Of a stretch of 64,000 nucleotides of DNA, positions 1-12,740 are shown in pieces. The DNA comes from Cycas panzhihuaensis (Eukaryota > Plantae > Cycadophyta). Position 1 is the first letter of the stretch. The number at the start of each line of letters is the position of its first letter. The translations under genes were made by a program, and so were the position numbers. Below the pieces are notes generated by a model. The model did no database searches and was not told the origin of the DNA. It worked only from the letters and a program-made list of their open reading frames with translations. Where the stretch lies: the NCBI GenBank assembly GCA_023213395.1, contig CM041465.1:123077741-123141740 (forward strand), in the 5' to 3' direction.

Positions 1-550
1 TAGATTTGTAAACAACTTGCCACGATTTGTAGTTGTAAGAAAATTTGCTATGCTTATTTTTTTCTTACTAAGGTTGAATTTGATTTAATTGAATTAGATA
101 ATTATTTTTTATGTGTCTAATAGACCCCTAAATTTCAACCCATACTTATATGCATTATTTCATATGACCAAACCCCTTAGTGGTAGTGGCTAATTAATTT
201 TTTCCAACCCTAATTTACTAAAAATCAAACATGTTTGTATTCTTTTAACTGTATCTTCTTGCAAGGATCTCCATTTTCAATTTTGTTAATATTATTAGAA
301 TATTGGTTTAGACATTATTAAAATGAATGGTCATAAGGTATATTTCATTTTTTATTTAATAGTGAATAGAAGGTCAATTTTGCACTTTGCTAAAAATGGC
401 GCTTTTTACTCAATTTTGGCTTAATGCTCAAGTCATTAGAATTTGCTCATTGATATTCAATTTCAAAAAATATTTTTTTGATTCCATATATATTTTTCCA
501 AGCTTTATATGTTTATGTAATTGGATTGTAAACTATATTATGGTCCCCAC

Positions 551-943
551 AACCTAGGGATCATATAACTTGTTATATGTTAAAATAATAGAGTCAGTAG
601 TGGTTAGTATTAGTGGCATCTCATAGGGTTTCACTATGTTTAACAGTTTACATGGGTTAATAAAGCATAGTAGCATCAAGGTTCATAATGATGTGATGGG
701 CAGTAGGTAGTATGAGGAATAAGAGTAATGATTTCATGAAGTGGCATGCATATTTTATCTATAAATGTACCACTTTATGAGCACTAACTACTAGTTACCA
801 CATCACTACTAATCCTCATGATAATATACTTTATTAATCTATATGTACTCTTAAACATAGTATGATCTCATGAGATGCTATTAACACTAACCACCACTAA
901 CTCTATTATCTTAACCTATACTAAGCTATACCATCCTTGGGTT
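551..943. repeat. Long imperfect inverted repeat (fold-back hairpin), arms ~190 bp, loop ~10-15 bp near 750-763
   Basis: 551 aacctagggatcatataacttgttatatgttaaaataatagag matches the reverse complement of 901-943 (aacccaaggatggtatagcttagtataggttaagataatagag). Inner matches include actatgtttaa/ttaaacatagt and tcatgaagtgg/ccactttatga. Confidence 0.9.
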
Positions 944-2390
944 ATACTAGATATAATAAATAGTTAAAATCACCTATGAATGAGTGCTCAACCCCAAGTA
1001 GAAACACACAACCAACAGAAACACAACCTAATAAAGTGAAATATTAATAACCAACACTTAAATGGTGTACATGTAGTAAGAAAAACTAGAAACCCATAAT
1101 AATAAAAGCTTCAATTAAAGTATCAATCCATTAAGAGAGGGTTTGATAACCATGAATATGCCATGGGGCCAAAATAGAACAAGACAAAGTTGAAATTAAG
1201 GCTTTGAGAAGCCAAAATCTCATAGCAAGCTACTTAAAGTGCCTAACACCAAAAAACAAGCAAGACCTCCTAAAACATGCTACTATACTGAGATAACTAA
1301 AGGTACCCCTTAAATGAGTGAGAAACGAATACAAAATAACTATTAAATAGGACCCAAATGAGCTTAACTTAATTAAACTAGCTTGCAACTATTGACATTA
1401 ATTAAAGGTAACATATAAATAAAAATTAAATAGTCATAAAACTAGTATGAAATAAGCTTAAATAATAACTTAACTAAAGGTACCTTATAAACAATACTAA
1501 ACAAGCATAGAATGAGCTTGGAAAGGACATAAAGATGGCTTAAAATCTTTTAGTAACTAATACCATGTTAGAAAATAGGCTTTAAATTTATTGTAAGCAA
1601 ACCACCTATGCACCAAATAAAAACACCCTAAAACTAGAGGAATGATATCTAATATGCATTAACTAGGTATTACATACTAATTGAATACAGGATACTATGT
1701 TTCTCAAGGTCTTCATTTTGACAACAAATCCCATAAGATCATGGGACACTTGTAACTGCCTTTAGAATCGACTAAATCTTTATAGACCTATGAACTAACA
1801 AAAACCACTTAGTATGGGTTAAACAAGGACATATAAGCTTGCTAATAAGACACCTTTTCAAAATATTATCACTCTAAAGTGATCAAGCTTATAATTATGA
1901 GTATCTTCCTTATAATAATAATTGTTGACCTTTTTAAAATTATGGACAAATAATCAAACCTACATGTTCATGAAATAAAAGCTCCACATGCATTAAAACA
2001 TCCATAGTAAAAGAACAACCTCATCACCAAATTGATATCTTGTATATAGCTTTGTAACCTATTAACTTGCCTTAAATAACTAAATCACTCAATTGTAATT
2101 AAAGCTTGTTGAATGAAAACTAAGAGAGATATACTAAATAAGGAATTGTATCATCCTAAGAGAAAGAGAGGACATAATATGAGGCTGTCTAAGGTGCTAA
2201 TATATCTTAATGAAGCTCTTGATATATTTGCAAACCATGCCATATGCAATAAGAGAGGAAAGCAAAATAAAAAATTGAACTAAATATTTTGAGGAAACCA
2301 AACCTTAGATCAAATTGAATACATGTTTGATTGAAGCTCTTCATATCTTATCAACCTACTTTGGTATAACTTATTAACTAAATAACTATG

Positions 2391-2976
2391 GCTTTGATAC
2401 CATATTAGAAAATAGGTGGTGATACCATGATAGAATATCAAATATAAGATAGGATCATAAAATAACATAAGATCATTAATAAATAGATCAAGAGATAAAT
2501 GAATAAATGAGTGAAATCATGAGACATGGATTTATATTGGAAAACACAAGAAGGGGGAAAGCACTCTTTAAATAACTTAGTTCCTTTTATTAATGAACTT
2601 GAATACACTTTTCTTGATATATCATAAGTGCTTACTTATCCTCAATCCTTTTAGATCTTAGGTGCTCAACTCTGTATTTAACATAAAGTGCATGATATCC
2701 TTTTATAGACTTTAATCATATAATTGGCTAATAGGATATGAGCTCTTAATTAACCAATCATATAAGACAATATTAAATTAACACTTAAACATCTTCCAAT
2801 AGATTCAATAGAAGTAAGAATAACAAATGAGAGGACTTTAGCCATCCACTCCTTCTTAAGGCATAAGGGATATGCATTAGTTCCAAAGGGTATAAAGATC
2901 TAGTCAAACCTATAGTAAGTATTTAGAAATACCCTTTAGGGTACTTTTTTCTAATTGAGTGATGGGGGACATTATA
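2391..2976 (-). mobile_element. Degenerate LTR relic(s) with adjacent tRNA-iMet PBS
   Basis: gctttgatacca at ~2391-2402 is the reverse complement of tggtatcaaagc. The right end gggggacattata is the reverse complement of a tgtaatgtcccc-type LTR start. A second PBS/LTR-end-like copy (taataccatgttagaaaatagg) lies at ~1558-1579. Boundaries are uncertain. Confidence 0.45.
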
Positions 2977-5707
2977 CCTAAGAGTTTAAAATGAGAGAAA
3001 ATATATGAGGGAGGTCCTACAACATGGAGATATAGTTAGTTATCATTGACACAAGTAAGAGAAATGGATATATGCAAGTATATATAATAGTGAATGGTCG
3101 ATAAATATATCATCAATATACCATGGTGCAGATATAAGATAAAATCTTTAATCAAGTTATTTCCATACTATTTAATTCTAATAGCTATTATAATTTTATA
3201 TCACTTAGGATTATAGAAAGTTATAAGTTCAATGCTAGTAAATATTATGATATTTAGGATATACTTATGGTAAATATATATAAGAAAATAATGACTAAAT
3301 TCTTGTTAGACTCTAAATTAGAATTGAAAGGATGGACTAATAGCCTAACATTTCAAGTGTTATTACTTGGGAATTATAATGGCATAATTAGTATCGAATG
3401 ATAAATAAAATATCAAGTTAAAATTGATTATTATAATAAAGTCATATGGTCTCTTAATAATACAAGATATCTTGGACTCATTTAAGAGAAGGCATCTATA
3501 TTTATCAAATAAAATTTAACCATACATGTTAAAAGGAGTTTACAAAAAGGTGCCAAGTTTACATATCCTTTCTTAGTGATGAATATGGTAAGAAAAGGCC
3601 CAAGTTTAAAGACTACCCATTATTGTAAGAAATTTTCGATATATTTTCAAAAGAATATCTAGGTTTACCACCTAAAAGGTAATAAACTATGTTATTTAAT
3701 TGGTTCTAAAAGTGAAATGTATTTCTAAAGCAACATACACACACACACACACACATTAGAACTTTGATAACTAAGAATATAGTAGCAAAAATGATTAAAT
3801 AAAGGCTTCATTCAATCAAGTGTATTACGATAATGAATACCTATTTTGTTTGTGGCAAAGAATGATGGAACCATTTGGTTGTATATTAGTTACAAGTAAT
3901 TAAATAAGGTGATAATAAATAATATGTATTTTCTTCAAAGGATTGATGATACATTTAATCAAGTTAAATGAGTTAGGGTATTCTCAAAAATCAACTTGAG
4001 GTTAGGTTGCCATCATATATAAATCAAGGATGAATATGTGTATAAGATAGTATTTTGTACTAGGTATGAGCATTATGAATTCATGCCATTAATATTTAGT
4101 TTGATGAATGCTCTAGCTACATTTATATATTTGATGGAAAGTATATTTTGATAATACTTAGGCAAGTTTGTCATAGTCTTTCTTGTTGCTATTCTAATTT
4201 GTTCCAAGTTGAAGGAAGAATATAAAGAACACTTGATAATTGTACTATGATTTTTAAGAAGATAAACTTTATGTGAAGTTATTAAGTAAACATGAATTTT
4301 ATCAAGAACATGTATACTATTTGGATCACATTATATTAGAAGGAATCTCTACCAATCCATAAAAGATCAAACCTATCATGGAGTGGCCTATAATAAGTAA
4401 AGTATGTAAGGTGGAAAGCTTTATGGGGCTTGTAGATTATTATTGATAATAGATCAAAGAGTCAATTAGAATTCATGCCTAATTACTTCGTTACAAACGA
4501 AATGAGCAAAGATTAAGTGGACAAATAAAGATGAGAAGAGGTTCTATTAGCTCAAGGGGTTATTCACATTTACCCCTATTGTTATATTACTAGATCCTCA
4601 TGTAAACCATGCTGTGTTCACCAATGCTTATACATAAGGCATTAGCTTAGTTTTCATACATAACGATAAGGTGATTTCCTACAAGTCATGAAAGTTAAAG
4701 GATTACAAAGTGAATTATATGTTGTACGATTTAAAGCTAACCATAGTGGTGCATGTATTAAAAATGAGGAGATATTACTTTTTAGATAAGAAGTTTGAGT
4801 TAAAAAGTACCCTTGACAAGTTGAAGTATTTCTTACCCAACCATAGTGGAATGTAAGTCAAAGAATATGTATAAAATTCCTATATAAATATGACTTCAAT
4901 ATAAAAATATAAAGGGGAAAGAAAATAATATCATGGGTGCAATTATTTATGGAAGACATGCTACTTCTACTAGTTTTACTCAACTAGACTTAAGATTGAT
5001 TTATGTCATTACCATCAATGTTAATCAAATTTGAAACTAACCATAAAATATAGATTGCTTGATAAAGATTAGTATAAACCTGGGAAGGATTTCTTAGATA
5101 GTTGACAATAAAATTAATAAGTAAATACAAGGCTGATGCATAAGTATATTGACTATTACATATCAAACAATGGATTTATCATGTTTCAACTTCAAATTTA
5201 CATTCTAAGTGATGTTTTGATGTGAATATTAATCATGGAAGAAGATCATATTATCCTTTATATAGGTGGTTTAAGTTATCAAAAGACTCTTACAACTATA
5301 AAAAGAAAATTATTTTGGCTAGATATGAAGTAGATATAATAGGTTATGTTGTTAATTGTTTACAATGTTTAAAAGTTAAGATGGAGCATTAATACCCTAT
5401 AAAATTACTACAATATTTAAAAATTCCAAAATAGAAAGAGTTAATTTTCATAGATTTTATTATAGGTTTGTTAAAAAAATATAAAAAAGAATGACTTCAT
5501 TATAGTGGTAGTAAATTAGTTGAAAAAATCAATGTACTTTATTTTGATGTAGTCGACATATAAAGTGACTAAGATAATAAGTATTTTCATGAAGGATATA
5601 GTGTGATAACATAAAGTATTAAAAGTAAGCACTTTGGATATAAACACAAAATTTACCTCCAAGTTTTGGTAGGTATTATGCAAGTTATTGGGAACCAAAT
5701 TGACATT
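2977..5707 (+). mobile_element. Truncated, decayed Ty3/gypsy (Tekay-like chromovirus) gag-end/PR/RT/RNaseH/integrase
   Basis: Degenerate translations: protease-like ISILFNSNSYYNFIS (~3155-3200), GLPPKR (3662), KNDGT..LNKV..RIDD..VFSKINLR (3855-4005), RNase H (4570-4930), integrase DFIIGL..LGTKLTF (5450-5707). Many stops and frameshifts. Confidence 0.88.
3737..3755. repeat. (AC)9 microsatellite inside the gypsy RT region
   Basis: Directly visible. Confidence 0.95.
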
Positions 5708-5765
5708 TGTAACTTCTCTCATTGTCTCTTTAAATGACATTTGTAACTTCTCTCGTTGTCTCTTT
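5701..5765. repeat. 34-bp-period tandem duplication at the gypsy/LINE junction
   Basis: tgacatttgtaacttctctc(a/g)ttgtctcttt occurs at 5701-5731 and 5735-5765. Confidence 0.95.
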
Positions 5766-8700
5766 TATATCCATGATCATAGCCTGAGTTCTCCACTTTG
5801 GTTCATATAAGCCTTTAAGAAGATTTATCATATTTAATGAGTCCCCTTTTAGGATCACCTTATTGTAACCCTCCTCTATGACCATATCCATTGCTCTCTA
5901 CATGGCTGCCATTTTAGCCCTATGATTTGTCTACTGCCCAAGGTATTCTATAAAAGCCCACTTGGCCTTCCCTCTGGAGTCTCTACAAATACCCCCTCCC
6001 CTAACTTCCCCTAGGTTACCTTTTGAAGCCCGATCAAAGTTTATTTTGACCCAAGGGTCCTCTGTGAGGATCCAAGAATAGGCTTTCTTTCCTCCCTTTG
6101 CACTTTAGGAGTAAACCCTCATTTTTGCAATATAGCTCCCTCTAGTGTTATGATCTATTTTTCAACTTTGGGTTTTACAATCTCCCCCAGTTCTAAAAAA
6201 ATGATGTTGAATATTTTATATTCCTCCATTTGTCTATCTTGGAAGACCCTTTTGTTCCTCTCCTTCCACAGGTTCCACATCACCACTAATGAGGAGAGAC
6301 ACCAAATATTGGACATAGTTTTAGACCTAAAGGGGCTATGCTAGGAGATCCATTGATCCATCAGGTTCCTAGGAAACACCTAGTGAACCTCAAAAAGGTC
6401 CATCACTAGGCTCCACACTTTCCTCGAGAAAGTGTAATGAAGGAAGATATGATCCACAAATTCCTCCTCTACTTGGTAAAGGATACACCTGTTTGGCATC
6501 ACAAACCCTCTCTTCCTGAGGTTATCCACCATGAGAATTTTGTTTTTCACGCACATCTACCAAGAAATTGTAATCTTTGGGGTCAACCCAAGCTTCGACA
6601 CCCCATCTAGAATGGGGTTCCTTTGATATCCCTTTTCAAGGCAAAGGAAATAATAACCCAGTTTTACTGAGTAGTCTTCAGAGGCAGATATGGGCCACAC
6701 CATAGTATCCACTTCCATCCTCTTAGGTATATAACATTAGTCGATCTTTCTCTTCAGAGCTTCCAAACTATCCTAAAGGGCTACCTCCCCATGTAGTTCC
6801 TCAAAACTCCTCCATCTTTTAGTCCTACCACTCTCTTCCTAATAATCTTTCACTTTTTTCATAAATTTAATCTCACATAGGGGTTGAACTAAAGCTAAGT
6901 CAGGACTACTTTTTAGTTGTATGTTTCCACACCACACATCCTCCCAAAATTTGATGGTGTTTCCATCTCCCAATCTCCATTGCACCCCTACCTTTAACAT
7001 GCCCTTGGATTTCAGAATGCTCCTCCATAATGGGGATCCCAAAGTGGAGGTCATACACTTAAGAAATTGACCCCCCTGTAGGTACTTTCGAGACAGAATT
7101 CTATTCCATAAACTACCTTCTCTTTTAGCTAGATGCCAACCCATTCGCTACCAGAGCCTTATTGAAAAGTGACAAACTCAAAAGATTTAGGCCTCTAGCC
7201 CATTTTGGGAGGCAGAATTTATCCTAACCCACTAGGTGAATTCTATCATTTTCCTCTATCCCAAACTAGAGAAACCTCTTATGGATAGATTCCAGAATCA
7301 ATGTAAATTGTCTAGGCATTCTAAAAATGGACATCAAATAAACTGGGATGCTCCGAAGATAGGTAGCAACCAGAAGGGCCTTTTTAGCTTGACTTAGAAG
7401 GGCACCTTTCTAGCTTACTAGCTTTCTCTGAATTCTATCAATGATAGGGTTCCACAATTCATTAGTCATTTTGCCCATGAATAGGGACACACCCAAGTAC
7501 ATAGTAGGAAGCTTGTAGACAGACATATCAAGGATTCTACCGATCCTCCTCTAAGTATGCTCTAATGTATTTATAAAGAATATGATGCTTTTGTTAAGAT
7601 TTATCTTTTAGTTTGTTGCCTGCTCAAACTTCTCTAGCCCTTCTTTGAGCCTATGGGTTTCTCCTACGATTGCCTTACCTAAGAACATGTTATCATCGAT
7701 AAGTTGATGATGCACCACATTATCAATACCAGAAGTGGGATTTAACACTTTTATTATCCCCAACCTTCTTACCTCCTTTGTATCCCTTCTTAGGAGCTTA
7801 GCCAAAATTATAAATAGGTAAGGAGATAAAGGGTCTCCCTGTCTTAAACCTCTGAATCCTAGGAAAAACCTTGTTGAAATTCCATTAATGATCATATAAT
7901 ACTGGATCTTGGAGATACAAAGTTTCATCCGCCCCCTCCATATTTCCCCAAAGCCAAAAGCTCCTAGGCAATCCATTAGGCAATCCCATGAAACTTTATC
8001 ATAAGCTTTCGAGAGATCAATTTTAATTATCATGCTGGGCTCCTTCCTATGGTAAGCCAAATGTAGGGTTTCATAAAACCATCCTGGTTCATGTATATGA
8101 TCCCAGGGAGAATCTTCTTAAGCTTATTCACTAAAATCTTAGCTAAGTTCTTATATTTTATATTATAAAGGTTGATATGATAGAATTCCTCCATCCTTTT
8201 TGCCCCCTCCTTTTTTGGGATTAATACAATAAATGTAGCTTACCATTCACCCAAAATCTTATGGTTCTTATAAAACTCATTCATAGCCTCCATCAAGTCC
8301 CCTGTAATTATGTCCCAAAAATCCTAGAAAAAACTAGGAGGGAAGCTATCTGGGCCAGATGCTTTCTCCCTCTTCATCCCAAAAACAACCTTCCTAACTT
8401 CATCCTGGGTGAAAGGAGTTTCAAGCAGGGCATTATGACCTTCATTAACCAATTTGGGAATAGTCTTAACAAAATCCTTCCTGATATCCTCGTCTTCACA
8501 CCCCAGCTCCTAAAACAACTCCTTGAAGTAATCCATAGCGGTGTCCATCTCTTTATATCCCTTAACTTCCTATCCAACTTTGTTTAGTAGGCTATTGATT
8601 CTGTTGTTAGTTCTATGTTTCACCACTATCATATGGAGAAATTTAATGTTTCTATCCCCTTTGGCCAACCATTGTGCCCTAGATTTTTACCTCTAGAGAA

Positions 8701-9735
8701 TCTCCTCCTTACTTAGAGTCTCTTCTAAGTTCTTAACCAAGTCTCTTTCCACTTTATCTAATTCCTAGGATCTTCCCTCCTCCTGAATTCTCCTATCATT
8801 GGCCTCTAAGTCCCTATTGATCTAATCCTTAATGATAAAGATGTTTCCATGAACCTCTTTATTCCACATTTTCACCTATCTCTTGACCCAATCCAACTTC
8901 TTAGAAAACTTATACATTGCACATCCCTATATAGGTATCTTCCACCATTCCTCCACCAATTCCCTAAAGTTTGGATGTTTAACCCAAAACATTTCAAATC
9001 TAAATGGAGAGCTTAGGTGCTTCTATGAACTAGAAAATTCCAATGCTAGTGGTGAGTGATCTGACATGGTCCTCTAGAGTGCCTCCAATCTGATGTCATT
9101 ATAGCTCCTAGCCCAGTCGTAATTAACCAATACTCTATCTAGTCTCACAAGCATGTGTTATTTTCCAATTCTTCTATTTGACCAGGTAAACTTTGTGCCA
9201 ACTAAAGGGGCATCCATCAACCTCCCTCTCTACATAAAAGAGCCCAGATCATGCATACTGCTTGTCTATCCCTCCTCACCCCCTCTTTTCTCACTTGGGG
9301 AGAGGGCCGTGTTAAAATCTCTGGCCACCATCCAGGGAGCTAGGCATTCTTTTTGTTCCTCCAAGATCCTATCCCATAGTATCCTCCTCCCTTCTGACTG
9401 ATTTGGTGCATATAAATTAGTGGCTAGCCATTTAAAATTGGTTTTTCTGCTTGTGAACCACACATAAATAAAATGAGCCCCCATATTATAATCCTTCCTA
9501 AGCTATTCTTTTGAAGTCCACAACACTAACAATCCCCAACTCCTTGATTACAGTCCATTACCAACATCACAGCTTTCCTCCAGATTTTATCCTTAACCTG
9601 CATGTTGTTCTCCCTGTTTAACTTTGTTTCTTGTAAGAATAATATATCTGGTTATACTCTCAGCCTTAGATCTTTTAACACCCTCTATTTTGAAGGAGCA
9701 TTCATCACCCTAATATTCCATGAAACAAGCTTTAT
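5735..9735 (-). pseudogene. LINE ORF2 (APE endonuclease, RT, zf-RVT, RNase H-like)
   Basis: KLVSWNIR at 9735; NLYAPN..DFN (9266-9484); KIDLSKAYDKVSW..GLRQGDPLSPYLF (7608-8060); GDGNTIKFWEDVW (6839-7144); WVKINFDRASKGN (~6015-6055). Confidence 0.92.
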
Positions 9736-9739
9736 CTTC

Positions 9740-11015
9740 TTCTCCTAGGTTTCTAATACTCTCCTCCCTCCTCCCTTTGTTCTTCTCAAGCTTCCTCTCT
9801 AGGTCTCAGTCATGGTCTTCCTAAGAAGCCCTCTTTTAATGTTTTCTAGTTACCTTGATCATTTTGGGAGGTTGCTTCCCTCTCTGTTAGTATCATGAGC
9901 ATAGGCCTACTTACTCTTCTATCTAATGTAACATCTCAACCTTGTCACTGTCCATGATCTCTTTGCTCCTCCTAGGGTGATTTTCCTTTGATTATCCACT
10001 CCCTATCCAGACCTCCTCTAGCCTCCTAACTCCCTAAGCTCTCAAGTTCCTCCTCTTGTCTTTCATGCCCCTTTTGAGGGGAGACACCCCTCTCTTCCAT
10101 CTTCCTACTCTCTTGGGACTGCTCCCTTACCTCATCAAGTGTGTCCTCCACCTCAAGTTTGAAGCTAGTCACCTCTGTGGGGTCCGTATAAGGGACTTTT
10201 GGGCTCCTCGACTCTTGGATATCCTCTTTCTTTGATAACTTGTCTTCTAGAGTATCTTTTACCTCATGTCCCTCCTCCTCCTCTTTCCTTTAACTAGGGC
10301 ATTTCTGCACCCAATGACCCATCCTTCTATATGCTGAATATCTAAAGTTTTCTATTTCATAGGTCATAGGCTACTCCTTGCTACAGTCCTCCATGTCAAT
10401 CCATACCTTATTAGGGAGATCCTTGTCTATCCTAACTAGGACATAAAACTTTGCATTAATCAATCTAGTCCTATTGCTAGTGGTAGAGTCCATTGCCAAG
10501 AGAGGGCTAATAACTTTCACTACACCCTTTATAATTTCCATGCTCTAAAATTAAAGGGGCAAGCCAGGCATTTGAACCCAAACTGGAACTTGCTTAATCG
10601 ATGGCACTGAGGGATCAAAATTAGGATGCCATTTTTCTAAAAGTAAGGCCTTTCTTCCTAACATCCAGGGGGCTCTTAATATAATATTGGCCATATCCTC
10701 CTTTGATACGAACTTGAACAACACAGAGCCCCTCGGAAGAGCCATGATTTCAACCAGATTATTAGTCCTCCACCTGCTTCTGATCCAACTCCTTATCACA
10801 TCCAGCCCTGGCCTAAGGCCTGAGAATCTACCAACCAGGCAGTTCTCCCAATGCTTCTCTGTTCTTTCAACCAACTTTTTTAGTATTGGTATTCTGATAT
10901 TGTCATTCTCAATGATAGGTATTATATCAAAGTCGTCCCCCTCACTTGTTTTTAACACCTCCAAGTAGGATCTCCCCAGAGTCAAATTTAAGTTCTCGTT
11001 ATGAGTTTTCTCCAT
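9740..11015 (-). pseudogene. LINE ORF1 (DUF4283-like domain plus degenerate zinc knuckle)
   Basis: ORF 10551-11015 reads WENCLVGRF..W..FKF..PW..LLLEKWHPNFDP..VPVWVQMPGLPL. A degenerate knuckle FRYSAYRRMGHWVQKCP lies at ~10300-10350. Confidence 0.9.
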
Positions 11016-12740
11016 CTCAATACACAGTTATTAAAATCACCACATGACTTATAGAAAATCATAAAGCATCGAATCTCAAAAAAAGACTCATCCATTAAAC
11101 TTTGGAGGATGTCTCTGACCTAGTACTGTGAACCTTCATATAGTAGGGCACCTCACCAAGTCCCAATGATTGTTCTCCTTCCATCACCCTCTAGCTTAGT
11201 CTTCAGGTCATTCTCCTCAAGAGATAGACTCCATCACTGATATGATCTTACCCTTAGCTCTGGGCTCCAACACTCGAGGTTCTTCTCTTTGCGTGATGCC
11301 TCTTTACACCATCTCCATTTGGGACCACCAATGTTACCACTGTTCACTTTGATTTTGTGCTCTTGCCATTGTTTCAAGGCTCAAGATTTGTCACCATGCT
11401 CGCCAACATTTCATATGGGAAGATCTAGTCCCTACCCCCACCTTCCTGGGGATCTCATGCCCCTTCATCCTCGATTTAGAACGTCCCACTGCCACCTCAC
11501 GTAAGAACCCTAGTTAGCAATCTCCTCCATATTTGATATAAATACTAAGTCCATAAAATAATAAATGTGGTCAAATTACTCATGGAAGAAAAAAAAAAAA
11601 AAGGGGGCATATGATGTAAATGAGAGAGGAATTCTTAGGGAGGAGGGAATAGGTTCTGAAAGCCACTTCCCTTATGTCTAGTCCTTATTTAATAAACACA
11701 CTTGGTTATCAATGCGATAGTGAAGTAATTAATGGATCCCACTCCTTTGTATATGTTTATTCCTATAATGGGGTAGAGTATTGAATAATGATGGTTTTCA
11801 GGAAAAAGAGAGAACCTTATTTTTGGAGATGATGGGACTTTTATTCTTTTATTTTACTTTGGGTTTCTTCATTCATTTAAAAATTCTAATTACTACATTG
11901 AGAAATGAAGGAATGAGAGACTAGTTGGTATAGGCTAAGAGATGATTGATGCTAGTTGATAGATAGTACTTACAAGTGCGATTTTGATCTCTTTTTGGTA
12001 TGTGCAATATAGTCCTTAACACTAGTAAATATAATAATATTATTTACTAGTAAAGTCTTAGAGATATTATAAGTATTTTAGTTGCTACTATACTTAGTAT
12101 ATGGGGGCTATTTCTATGATGAGAAAGCTTATGATATGTGGCATGTGATGATGGCTTAGTTTGGGATGTAGCATTAATAGTATATGATGACAACTTAGTT
12201 TGGAACTATGCATCAATAATTTAGTTTAGGATCAACTATGACAGTGAGCTATATATGTTGTATATAATGGTGGCTTGGTTAAGGACCATGCATTGAGATT
12301 GTATGGTCTATGATCATTGACTTGAATTAGCATGGTTAAGGACCATGTATGCTTCTGTTAATTTTTAGTTTTAACATGTTAACATAAGGGAAGGCCATGT
12401 GCAGTGTGTTACTGCTAGATAAGTCATAGTACTACTATATTGAGAAATATGGTTGTTTGTATGGATAAGCTATTTAAATGTGTTAATGATCTAAGATGAA
12501 GTAGAGAGTTAAGAGCTAGAAAGTACTCTAGTATCAACCATAGTACATGCCTTATCTCAAGGGTAGATATTCCTAATGAATTTTAAATGGTTGGGTGGTG
12601 AATACCTCCAAGTAATTTGGCTTTTCCCTATACAAAAGATAAATACTCTATCTTAATAATGTATAAACAATGTTATGAACCTATATGATGATTATCTAGT
12701 TGGTGTCTATTTGCTCTTTATGAAATATTGCATGCATTAA

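Larger units (their letters stand above)
5701..11510 (-). mobile_element. L1-clade non-LTR retrotransposon (LINE), near full length, decayed, 3' end missing
   Basis: ORF1 and ORF2 domains lie in canonical order on the minus strand. No poly(A) tail or TSD was found. The 5' boundary is approximate. Confidence 0.93.

Noticed and set aside
8261-10968. Plus-strand ORFs (8261, 9153, 10687; likewise 43161, 43899)
   Set aside because: Antisense shadows of retroelement coding frames.
11589-11602. Poly(A) run as the LINE tail
   Set aside because: It is at the 5' side of a minus-strand LINE and on the wrong strand.
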